Shown in pieces: positions 1 through 10,588 of a DNA stretch of 64,000 bases. Made by a program: the position numbers and the translations under genes. The notes under the pieces are model-generated. The model was not told the origin of the DNA. It did not search any database and saw only the letters and a program-made list of their open reading frames with translations. The stretch is from Acidobacteriota bacterium (lineage in GTDB: Bacteria; Acidobacteriota; Thermoanaerobaculia; Multivoradales; UBA5704), in contig JBEQUE010000144.1 of the NCBI GenBank assembly GCA_040349255.1, forward strand, positions 15,524 to 79,523, written 5' to 3'. How positions within the stretch are numbered: position 1 is the first letter of the stretch; each line of letters opens with the position of its first letter.

Positions 1-1
1 C

Positions 2-193
2 CAGCGCTACGCCGAGCTGGCCGCCATGCTGAGCTCGGAGCTGGAGGACGTGCGCGCGTTCCCCGGCAAGAACCCGCTCCTGCTCACCGAGCTCTGGACG
101 GCCCACAACGACGCCCGGGGATACGCCCTGCTCGGCGATCCGGCGGTGCGCCTGCCCGAAGCTTCCACGACCGGAAAGCCGGAGCGCCCCTAG
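2..193 (+). CDS. 3' end of an upstream gene entering the window (C-terminal 63 aa, ...ELWTAHNDARGYALLGDPAV...). Product unknown. The 'LLGDP' tail is reminiscent of C-termini of caspase-fold (C25/clostripain-like) peptidases.
   Basis: Open frame from the window edge to TAG at 191-193, 3 nt before the ATG of the next gene. Codon usage matches neighbours. Confidence 0.4.
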   Translation, partial: QRYAELAAMLSSELEDVRAFPGKNPLLLTELWTAHNDARGYALLGDPAVRLPEASTTGKPERP

Positions 194-196
194 ACC

Positions 197-2280
<2,084 letters not shown>

Positions 2281-2299
<19 letters not shown>

Positions 2300-4674
2300 G
2301 CGAGCCCTCCAGCCAGTCGTCCGGCGAGCAGTCGGGCGGCAATCCCTACGTCGGCCCGCGCGCCTTCCGGACCGGGGAGCTCCTCTTCGGCCGCGACCGC
2401 GAGGTGCGCGAGCTGCTCTCCATGTTGATCGCCGACCGCATCGTGCTCCTCTACTCCCCCTCGGGAGCGGGGAAGACCTCGCTGATCCAGGCCCGGCTCG
2501 TCAAGGCGCTCGAAGAGGAAGACCTCCGCGTCCTGCCGCTCCTGCGCGTCTCCTCCGCGCCGCGCCCCGAGGACGCGGAGCTTTGCCAGGGAGCCAACCG
2601 CTACCTGCTCGGCACCCTCCTCTCCCTCGATCCCGACCGGCGGATCCCCGTCGCCGAGCTGGTGCGCCTCGGTCTCGACGGCCTTCTCGAGCGGTTCGCC
2701 GAGGAGAGCCAGGACGACCGGCCGCAGGTGCTGGTCTTCGACCAGTTCGAGGAGATCCTGACCCTCGATCCGGCGGACCAGGAGAGCAAGCGGAAGTTCT
2801 TCGAGGAGGCCGGCGCCGCGTTGCGCAACCCGCAGCGCTGGGCGCTGTTCTCCATGCGGGAGGACTACATCGGCGCGCTGGAGCCCTACGTGGGCCACCT
2901 GCCCTCCCGGCTGCGCACCATGTTCCGCCTCGACCTGCTGAGCCCGGCGGCGGCGAGCCTCGCGATCCGCGAGCCGGCCCGCTCCCGAAAGGTGGACTTC
3001 AAGAAAGCCGCGGCCGACCTCCTGATCGACGACCTCCGGACCATGCTGGTCCAGGGACCGGACGGGACGGCCGAAAAGAAGAGCGGTCCCTTCATCGAAC
3101 CGGTCCAGCTCCAGGTGGTGTGCCACCGTCTCTGGAGCCGGCTGCCGGAGGGCGCGACGGCGATCGAGGCCGACCAGATCGATCCCAAGGGCGGCGACGT
3201 GGACGCGGCGCTGGCCGAGTACTACGCGGAGTGGGCCGGGAGGATCGCGCAAGGGGACGAGACCCGGGAGCGGCTCGTCCGGGACTGGTTCGAGAACGCG
3301 CTGATCACGGAGCACGGGACGCGCGGGCAGGTCCTTCTGACCCCCGGAGAAAGCCAGGGCCTGGACAACGAGACCATCCAGTCGCTGGTCAAGGAGGCCC
3401 ATCTGGTGCGGGCCGAGGCGCGGCGGGGCGCCACCTGGTTCGAGCTCGCCCACGACCGCCTGATCGGGCCGGTGAAGGCCGGCAATGCCGAGTGGCGGGA
3501 GACGCACCTCGACGAATTCCAGCGGCGCGCCCTGGCCTGGGGCGAGCGCGGCCTGTATCCCGAGGCGCTCCTGCTGCGCGGCAAGTCCCTGGAGGAGGCG
3601 GAGGCTGGGACCGGAACCCGCACGCTCACGGACCTCGAGAAGGATTTCCTGGAGGCCAGCCGCAAGGCCCGCGAGGAAGCCGAGAAGGAGCAGGAGCTCC
3701 GGCGCGCGGGAGAGGAGCTGGTCTGGCAGCGGCGCCAGGCCCGGCGCCTTGCAGCGTTCATGGTCGTCGCGCTGGCGCTCGCGGCCTTCGCGACCTACAG
3801 CTACATCCAAGCCCGGGCCGAGACGAAGAGAGCGAACCAGGAGACGGAGCGTGCCAACCAGGAAGCGAAGCGGGCGGGCAAGGCCGAACAGCTCGCCCGG
3901 CAGAAGATCGAGCAGCTCCAGGCGACGAACGACAAGCTGACCCTGGCCAGCGCGAAGCTGCTCGAACAGAGCGAGCAGCTCGGCACGAGCGCCCCCGTGG
4001 AGCAGGTCGCCGCGGCGAAGGAGTTGCTCGCGCAGACCGGGGGTGAGGACGTGGGCATACCTGCCTTGTCCACGCCGGTCCGCGTGCAGTTCTTCGCGCG
4101 GAGCTCGGGGAGAAACGACCGCGCCATGGCGGCGCTCCGGAAGCAGGGATTCGAGGTCGAGCCCGAGAAGGGCAGATCGACGGTGGTCAACGCGGTCTGG
4201 TACGGCCCGGGCGTGGAGGCCGAGAGCGTCCAGCAGGTGATCCTGACCCTCATCGGCTCCGGCGTGGAGATCCAGCGGGTCGCGCCCACCAGCAAGCCCG
4301 GCCTGATCCAGGTCGGGACCGACGAGAGGTGGCTCTATCGCGACGCCCTGACGGTAGATCAGGTCGCGGCGCTGCAGCCCTGCTCGTCGGAGGAGGATCT
4401 GGCCTGTTCCGGCGCCCTCTCGGTGCCACCCGGTGGCAATTCCCGTCCCAGGTGCCGGAACATCGTGGCCTACGCGCAGCCGGCGAGCGCGAATCCAGGC
4501 AGGGTCTACTGGCTCCGCATCACCGCCGGCGGCCGGCCCTTCGAATGCAAGGACCTGATGTCCGGGCAGGGCTGCACCTTCTCCTTCCGCGGCAGGAAAT
4601 GGACCGCGACGCTCGGCGCCGTGGACTCCGCCGGCGCCGCGGCGGACGTGCGATTCGCTCCGGTGTGCGAGTAG
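2281..4674 (+). CDS. STAND-type P-loop NTPase (nSTAND-like) with coiled-coil segments, one predicted TM helix and a Cys-containing C-terminal domain
   Basis: ATG at 2281 overlaps the upstream gene by 19 nt. N-terminal GNPYVGPRAF..LLFGRD motif, Walker A SPSGAGKTSL, Walker B QVLVFDQFEE. Hydrophobic helix LAAFMVVALALAAFATYSYI flanked by Lys/Glu/Gln-rich coiled coil. Six Cys in the last ~110 aa. Confidence 0.8.
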
Positions 4675-4691
4675 GGCGGCGGTCTCGCCTC

Positions 4692-6524
4692 ATGATCAGC
4701 GAGAAGCGTCTCAACGCACTGCGACATCTGCCCGGCTATCTGCACGAGATCGAAGACGGGGATCGACTGCGCGCCCTCCTGAGCTCCTTTTCCTTCCTGG
4801 AAAGGAAGGTCAGAAACCTGAATGCCTCCGAGCTGGTTTCTGACTATGAGTATCTTCCCGAGGACTCCCCACTGCGGCTCGTCCAGGCGGCGGTACGACT
4901 GTCAGCCTATATCTTGGACCGTGATCCTGGCCAGCTTGCAGGCCATCTTCTTGGACGACTCCTAGATCACGACGCGACCGAAATCACGGACCTGTTGGAC
5001 ACAATACGGGAGCAGCACCCCTTAGGATTGTTTCCGACTGTAGCCTCAATGACGCGGCCCGGGGGGGCACTGCTTCAAACCTTTTCGGCACTGCCCTCTA
5101 TTGGCACCATCTACGCCATCGTTCCAACCCTTGATGGGGAGCGTGTCGTGTCCGCATCCTCGGACCGGACGATCCGGATCTGGAGCCTCGCGTCGGGCCA
5201 AGCGCTCCGGATTCTGAGGGGACATGAAAGAGAGGTCACTGCGCTCAAGCTCATATCCGACGGTCGCCTTGCCGTTTCAGGCTCACGAGATCGGACGGTA
5301 CGAATCTGGGACCTGGAAACGGGTATCCAGAAGATAAAAATGCCGACAGCTCGGGGAGTGGAGGCTATAGCAGTGACGCCGAATGGCCAACAGGCCATAG
5401 CCGGCCTGGATGATGGCTCGATCGAGGTTCTGTCCATCTCGACGGAAGATGTACAGCATCTGTTCGGACATGAGAAACAAATCCTTTGCCTTGCGATCAC
5501 GCCGGACGAACAACGCCTGATTTCTGGATCGGAAGACGGAACTCTGCGCGTCTGGAATCTGTCGAGCGGTGCCCTGGAGCGAGTCGAAAGCTTTGGAATG
5601 AAGGTCTGGTCCGTAATCGCAACGCCTGAGAGCAGCAGACTCATCTTCTCTCTCCAGGATGGTACCATCGCCATCCACAACCTGATCGACGGACGCTCGA
5701 TCGACAGATTCAAGGGGCACCGCTTTCCAGCAACTTTCCTGACCCTTGCACGAGACGGCAGGACTCTGATCTCTGCGTCCAGCGGAAAGATCGTGATTTG
5801 CGATCTTGAAAACGTACACACGCAAACGACCATGGCTACGCCAGGTAATCTCTCGGCCATGGCTCTCACCTTGGATGAAAATCGCGCGTTGATCAGTAGC
5901 TATAGCGGTCGGATAACCTTGTGGGATCTCTCTGCGCTTCGACCGACGGAAGAACAGGCCGAGGAGCACAGCATTGGCTCGCTTGCCTTGATTCCAGGCA
6001 GTGCTCTTCTTCTCTCCGCGTCGGGCCGCACAGTCAAGATCTGGGATGCCGAGAAAGGACAAGAGATCCGGACGCTAACCGGGCATACGGATAGAGTCGC
6101 GAGCCTCGCGGTGTTACCAAACGGCGCTTACGCGGTCTCAGGCTCGCTTGACAAGACCATCAAGGTTTGGGATCTGAGAACCGGGGAGAACCTCCGAACG
6201 CTCCAAGGGCATGAAAGCGCGATCATCGCCCTCGCCGTCACAGAGGACGGGAAACGCGTCATCTCCGGCGGCCTTCATGCCGAAGTGAAGGTTTGGTCGC
6301 TGGAGGATGGGCGTGAGCTCTACTCCCGACGCAGACCTCGCGGCTACTTGACGACGCTTGCAGCGACCTCGGACGGGCGCCTCGCCGTTGTCGGCTTGAG
6401 GATGAGGGGAATGCATGGCCGACGATTCTCGACCTTACGACAGGTCGTGTCGTCGGAGAGTTGCGCGGGCATGAGGATCCAGTGGAGACAGCGCTTTTCC
6501 TCCCGGGTGACAACCGCATTCTGA
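4692..6524 (+). CDS. WD40 beta-propeller repeat protein with N-terminal helical arm (sensor module of NACHT-WD40 type); frame is lost near 6395
   Basis: ATG at 4692, 17 nt after the upstream stop. 'FSFLERKV' arm motif followed by ~10 WD repeats (DRTIRIWSL, DRTVRIWDL, DGTLRVWNL, DKTIKVWDL, VKVWSLEDG...). The last ~40 codons of the ORF are out-of-frame garbage. GC is lower than in the two upstream genes. Confidence 0.7.
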   Translation: MISEKRLNALRHLPGYLHEIEDGDRLRALLSSFSFLERKVRNLNASELVSDYEYLPEDSPLRLVQAAVRLSAYILDRDPGQLAGHLLGRLLDHDATEITDLLDTIREQHPLGLFPTVASMTRPGGALLQTFSALPSIGTIYAIVPTLDGERVVSASSDRTIRIWSLASGQALRILRGHEREVTALKLISDGRLAVSGSRDRTVRIWDLETGIQKIKMPTARGVEAIAVTPNGQQAIAGLDDGSIEVLSISTEDVQHLFGHEKQILCLAITPDEQRLISGSEDGTLRVWNLSSGALERVESFGMKVWSVIATPESSRLIFSLQDGTIAIHNLIDGRSIDRFKGHRFPATFLTLARDGRTLISASSGKIVICDLENVHTQTTMATPGNLSAMALTLDENRALISSYSGRITLWDLSALRPTEEQAEEHSIGSLALIPGSALLLSASGRTVKIWDAEKGQEIRTLTGHTDRVASLAVLPNGAYAVSGSLDKTIKVWDLRTGENLRTLQGHESAIIALAVTEDGKRVISGGLHAEVKVWSLEDGRELYSRRRPRGYLTTLAATSDGRLAVVGLRMRGMHGRRFSTLRQVVSSESCAGMRIQWRQRFSSRVTTAF

Positions 6525-6904
6525 CGGGCTCCTTTGATGCCACCATCCGCCTGTGGGATTTTGCGACCCGCCGGGAGTTGCTTCGACTGGAGGGGCACGC
6601 TGACAGAATCCTGAGCCTGGCGGTGACTCCGGACGGTCGCCACATCGCATCGAGCTCGGACGACAATACAGTGCGTGTTTGGCGTCTCGATACAGGGGAG
6701 TGCCTGGCTGTTTTCTTCGCAGAGGGAATAAGCGCTGCTTGCGCCATCTCGTTGGACGCCCAGTGCGTCTATGCTGGCGAACTGTCGGGGAAACTGCACT
6801 TCCTGAAACGGAAACCCTCCGTCATTCCTCTGAAAGCAAGTCCCCCCACAACACATCCGCAACCCGGCGGTTCGCTTCCATCAGATCGACGCCCTTCTCC
6901 TTGA
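6461..6904 (+). CDS. Continuation of the WD40 repeat protein in another frame (2-3 more WD repeats). Together with 4692-6524 it is either a frameshifted pseudogene or a sequencing indel.
   Basis: In this frame the WD pattern continues upstream to ~6392 (LEDEGNAWPTILDLTTGRVVGELRGHEDPV...IRLWDF...VRVWRLDTGE). It overlaps the convergent gene 6822-9968 by ~80 nt. Confidence 0.5.
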   Translation: MRGHEDPVETALFLPGDNRILTGSFDATIRLWDFATRRELLRLEGHADRILSLAVTPDGRHIASSSDDNTVRVWRLDTGECLAVFFAEGISAACAISLDAQCVYAGELSGKLHFLKRKPSVIPLKASPPTTHPQPGGSLPSDRRPSP

Positions 6905-9900
6905 CCTGATCCTTGCCCTTGATGAAGTCGTGGAAGGAGTCGTGATAGAGGCGATAGCGCAACTCCGGACCGTCGTCTCCGTCCTCCACGGAAATGGGTT
7001 GGAGGAACTGGCTCCATTCGTCGAGAGCCATCTGGACCCGGGCGCGGTCCTGAATTCCGGAGAAGTCGGAGATCAGGCCGGTGGAGATCGGCTCCCTCGC
7101 CACGGTGAGGCCAACGAGGACGGGCAGCTTGTATTCGAACCAGCCCTGGGTATCCAGCTCCTTCATGCGCTCCCACTGATCCTCGTAATAACTCTGGAGC
7201 CCTGTCGGCAGCGTTGTGAGGTCGCGCGTCTTGTAGGCTCCCTTCTCGATCTCCGGGAGGACATAGTGGAGATACATGAAGTTTCCTTCGCTGCGCTTCA
7301 CGAGCTCGTCGACAAAGGTCGCCTCGTCCAGACCCTGAGCGGTGATGTAGGCTCCGATGCCCGGCCGCAGGGCGTAATTCTGAGTGAAAAGCCGGACATC
7401 CGCGAAATTGTTCTCCCTTTCCCTCTGTAGATCGATGGTGTGGCCTTCGCAGGTGAACTGGAGCTTGAACTGGCCGCGCCGCGAGGTGACCACGGCAAAC
7501 ACGCCCGGCGGCAGGTCGGAAGGCAAGTACAGAGTGTTCGCGCCCTTCGACACCGCGCCCGAATCGGCTTCGTCCAGCGCATCGACCAGGAAAAGGAGCT
7601 TCGTCCCCGAGGCGAGAAGCTTGGTCGAAATCCCGCCCAGAAGCTCCTTGAGAAACCGGGGATCACGGGAGGCCTCCGGCGGCAGGGCGGAGTAGCCGAG
7701 ATCGAAGTCCCGGATGAGCTGCGCGCAGAGGTTGGGAAGGAACTGGGAGGGCTTCGTGATTCCTTCGGCGCGCACGTTGAAGTGGAGCGGGTACCGCCGG
7801 AGCTGCGCAAGCCTGGCGACGATCGCGGTCTTGCCGATCCCCGGATCGCCGAGGACCTGAATGTAACCACTGTTGCTCTTCTGAACGAAGTCGTCGAGAG
7901 CGTCGAAAAGCCATTGCCTTCCGACGTAGCCTTCGGTCTTGCGGCGGATGAGAGGCGTGAAATCGAGGATGTGCTTCTGGATCTCGGGCGGAGCCCGCTT
8001 TTCTGCGGGTTCGCGGACGCCCGGGGCGTCTCCCAGCGCGATCCGTCCGTTAGCGTGCGCATAGATCACATAGGTGAGCCAGGCGGGATCGTCCGCGTCC
8101 GCTTCGCGGAGAGCGAGACGCGCGATGCGCGCGGCACGGCCGAACGTCTCTCCCTGCGCGAGCGCGCCGTAAAAGCTTCTGGCGAATTCGAAGGCCCGGG
8201 AATCCCGGACCGGCCAGGCCGGCCCCAGGAAGGCGCCGCAGCCACAGACCCGCACCCAGCGATCGGCCCACCCGCCCAGGCCGGTCAGGGACCATGCCTG
8301 CTGTCCGATCCAGCAGGCATTGAGGAAGACCAGGGGGCGATTCCTGCCGATCTCCGTCGCGAGCGCTCCTGTCAGGTCTCCTGCCCGAAAGAAGCTCTCA
8401 TCCTCCAGAGGCAGGGCGGATTCATTCGGCTGATCCGGATTGAAGCCGCCGTGGCCAACGAAGTGAAGGAGATCGAGGCCTCCCTTTCCCAGAATGGTTT
8501 CGATCTCCTCCGCCGAGGCGACCGGGACGGTGGCATCCTCGATCCCGGAATGATCGCGCGCGAGATCCGTCACGAGCCCCTGCTCCTCTTCGGCCCGGGT
8601 CAGCTCGGAGCTCGTCGTGAAGCACGCGAGCCGCCGCACCTGAATCTCGGCCGCAGGGCTCCTGTTTCCCGCCAGCCACCGGGTGAGCTCAAACTGGATG
8701 CAGAGAAAATCGTCGTCGATGACGTCGTCAGGATCCTCCGCGTCATACGGCTTGACCAGCTCCCAGGGAATCCAGGGCTCGTCGGAGATGATCGTCAGCG
8801 TGGTTACAGAACGCCGGATCTTCCGGTAGAGCAGCTGCATTTCGCCGCTGAAGAGCTCGCGGTAGAGGTCCTGGCCGAGAGCCTCCAGCTTGCGCCGGAT
8901 CTCGCCACGCAGCAGCAGAGAGTCGTCCGTGTCGATCCGTTCGCCCAATTTCCGGACCTTGTCCAGAATGGACGAGCGGTATTCCTCGACACGGCCCTGG
9001 AACGACGGCCCATCGACCCCCCGATACGAGAAGCCGTCGATGCCGACTGGCGAATGGAGGATGTAATGGAGCTGTGTTCTTCCGTCGCGGAATCCAATCG
9101 TGACGCGGAGCTCGAGATCGACCGGCGCTGCGCTGGAGCTTGGCAAGGAGCGCGTTCCTCCCCGGGTGTCCAGGCCGGCGCCCTGAACAGATGCCGGCAG
9201 GGCCTTCTCCCCTTCGGAGACATCTGACTGCCGAATCTTCAGAATGACGTGTCGGAAGCCGTATTTATTTAAATCAATACCGCTCTTTGCAAATGCCCCC
9301 TGAAGAGCGTGCGCGCTGTCGCGCGGGAGATCTATAATTACCTTTGTGCTACCTTCTAATACTTTTCTGATATTGACATCTGAAAGCTCTATGTCGAGAA
9401 ACTTGGCAAGTGCATATTGAAGCCTGCTTCTCTCTACTTCGGAAAACTGTGCAAACTGCAGATCCAGGGTTACCTCTACTTTAGTAGTGGGTTGTCCATA
9501 GAGAGTGAAGGAGGGGAAATAACGACGCGCTACCTCGTGGCGTTTATATATCCTACCTTCAATTTCACGCCTAGTCCATACCGAAAGGAGATAAGGAGGA
9601 TGACTCACGCTAGTTGCTCCACGCAATTCCTCGTAAGCTTTATGAGTCACCCTCCCGTTTGTGATTAGAAAGAATCCTTCTACTTTGAACCTAGCGAGTA
9701 TGTTAACTATATTCCCAAGTTCACCTGGCTTGACGGTAGCATCTGCACTCTGCTTGTACTTGAACTGAGCAGCCCAACGCAACCGGCTGGGTGTAGCATC
9801 TGGAAGCATTATTGTCTGAAGGAGAATTGCGTCGACACCTCCGTCTGGACCAACACCCTGATCCTGCACTCCAAATCCCTCGACTGCGAGCAGGTCCATG

Positions 9901-9968
9901 CAGAGCTCTTGGAAGCGGTATCCATCGATAGTCTGCCAATCGACAGAAATCGGCCTAGTTAGTGTCAT
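6822..9968 (-). CDS. Multidomain defence protein: N-terminal Mrr-like PD-(D/E)xK restriction-endonuclease domain, CHAT protease domain, NACHT-type STAND NTPase, helical C-terminus
   Basis: 1048-aa ORF. REase motif GPDGGVDAIL...AAQFKYK at N-terminus. CHAT: EPWIPWELV, LLHFVGHGG ... LVFLNACWIG. NTPase: Walker A GDPGIGKTAI, Walker B LLFLVDALDEAD. The first ~250 codons (9215-9968) are markedly AT-richer. Confidence 0.85.
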   Translation of the reverse strand: MTLTRPISVDWQTIDGYRFQELCMDLLAVEGFGVQDQGVGPDGGVDAILLQTIMLPDATPSRLRWAAQFKYKQSADATVKPGELGNIVNILARFKVEGFFLITNGRVTHKAYEELRGATSVSHPPYLLSVWTRREIEGRIYKRHEVARRYFPSFTLYGQPTTKVEVTLDLQFAQFSEVERSRLQYALAKFLDIELSDVNIRKVLEGSTKVIIDLPRDSAHALQGAFAKSGIDLNKYGFRHVILKIRQSDVSEGEKALPASVQGAGLDTRGGTRSLPSSSAAPVDLELRVTIGFRDGRTQLHYILHSPVGIDGFSYRGVDGPSFQGRVEEYRSSILDKVRKLGERIDTDDSLLLRGEIRRKLEALGQDLYRELFSGEMQLLYRKIRRSVTTLTIISDEPWIPWELVKPYDAEDPDDVIDDDFLCIQFELTRWLAGNRSPAAEIQVRRLACFTTSSELTRAEEEQGLVTDLARDHSGIEDATVPVASAEEIETILGKGGLDLLHFVGHGGFNPDQPNESALPLEDESFFRAGDLTGALATEIGRNRPLVFLNACWIGQQAWSLTGLGGWADRWVRVCGCGAFLGPAWPVRDSRAFEFARSFYGALAQGETFGRAARIARLALREADADDPAWLTYVIYAHANGRIALGDAPGVREPAEKRAPPEIQKHILDFTPLIRRKTEGYVGRQWLFDALDDFVQKSNSGYIQVLGDPGIGKTAIVARLAQLRRYPLHFNVRAEGITKPSQFLPNLCAQLIRDFDLGYSALPPEASRDPRFLKELLGGISTKLLASGTKLLFLVDALDEADSGAVSKGANTLYLPSDLPPGVFAVVTSRRGQFKLQFTCEGHTIDLQRERENNFADVRLFTQNYALRPGIGAYITAQGLDEATFVDELVKRSEGNFMYLHYVLPEIEKGAYKTRDLTTLPTGLQSYYEDQWERMKELDTQGWFEYKLPVLVGLTVAREPISTGLISDFSGIQDRARVQMALDEWSQFLQPISVEDGDDGPELRYRLYHDSFHDFIKGKDQVKEKGVDLMEANRRVADVLWGDLLSEE
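9131..9162. repeat. ~28-bp direct repeat (GGAGCTTGGCAAGGAG...CTCC), copy 1, inside the REase-CHAT-NACHT gene just downstream (in gene sense) of the low-GC module
   Basis: Near-identical to 10039-10070 by direct reading. Confidence 0.6.
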
Positions 9969-10038
9969 TTCTTATCTCTCTCGACAAAAATTGCGCCCGC
10001 AGTCGGGTCTGCGATAACCTGGAACCGCTTCGGCGACG

Positions 10039-10070
10039 CGCCGGAGCTTGGCAAGGACTCGCTCCTCCTC
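10039..10070. repeat. ~28-bp direct repeat copy 2 (GGAGCTTGGCAAGGAC...CTCCTC), just upstream of the gene start at 9968
   Basis: Matches 9131-9162. Together the two copies bracket the low-GC segment ~9215-10000. Confidence 0.6.
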
Positions 10071-10072
10071 AA

Positions 10073-10118
10073 GGCTTTCCGTCCGTCCTCGTCGATTATC
10101 TTATCGAGACTCCCGCCT
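10073..10118. repeat. ~46-bp boundary motif (GGCTTTCCGTCCGTCCTCGTCGATTATCTTATCGAGACTCCCGCCT), copy 1
   Basis: ~80% identical to 10504-10550. In frame it encodes GFPSVLVDYLIETPA versus GFPSVRVDYLIDTPA in the second copy. Confidence 0.5.
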
Positions 10119-10489
10119 TCAAGATACGTCCGTTCAGGCCCGAGCCGTCATGACCGGACGGTAGGCGTTATCCTTCCGCCATGCGCCAGCCCATTCCGAC
10201 GCTCTTCCTCCTCGCCCTGCCGCTCCTCGCCGCCTGCGCCACCTCTTCGACACCCCCGGCTCCATCGGCGATCACCGCACCCGCCGCACAGGCTCAGGCG
10301 GAATCTCCGGCTCGCGAAGAAGACGAGTACTCCCGCTACGAGCTGCTCGAACCCGGGCTCGGCGCGGTTCCACATTCTCTTCGAGGTCACCGCGACCGAG
10401 CCGGCGCGACGGTCTACTTCAACCCGATCCGCAAGGGCAGCGCCGCGAGCGACGAGTCGGTGCGCGACCGGGCGACCGGACAGCCGCTG
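10118..10489. repeat. ~372-bp direct repeat copy 1 (5' UTR plus first ~100 codons of the lipoprotein gene). It is the degenerate copy, with compensated indels.
   Basis: Aligns base-for-base with 11917-12287 (offset 1799 bp) with scattered substitutions and two indels ~50 nt apart. Confidence 0.75.
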
Positions 10490-10588
10490 AGCGCGTACCT
10501 CCCGGGTTTTCCATCTGTCCGCGTCGATTATCTCATTGATACGCCCGCCTGTCAGTCGAACACGGAGAACGAGACGCGGCCCGATTGA
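10181..10588 (+). pseudogene. Truncated, frameshifted duplicate of the lipoprotein gene 5' end (paralog of 11980-13251)
   Basis: Identical signal/lipobox (MRQPIPTL.LLALPLLAACATSS). A 14-residue stretch differs through a +1/-1 indel pair. The copy diverges after ...GQPL into the boundary motif and terminates. Confidence 0.6.
10504..10550. repeat. ~46-bp boundary motif copy 2 (GGGTTTTCCATCTGTCCGCGTCGATTATCTCATTGATACGCCCGCCT)
   Basis: See 10073-10118. It lies at the junction between the truncated lipoprotein copy and the 3' end of the DUF4157 gene. Confidence 0.5.

Noticed and set aside
7440-9227. 595-aa plus-strand ORF inside the REase-CHAT-NACHT gene
   Set aside because: It is a shadow ORF antisense to a gene with clear CHAT/NACHT motifs. 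It has no motifs and a low-complexity composition.
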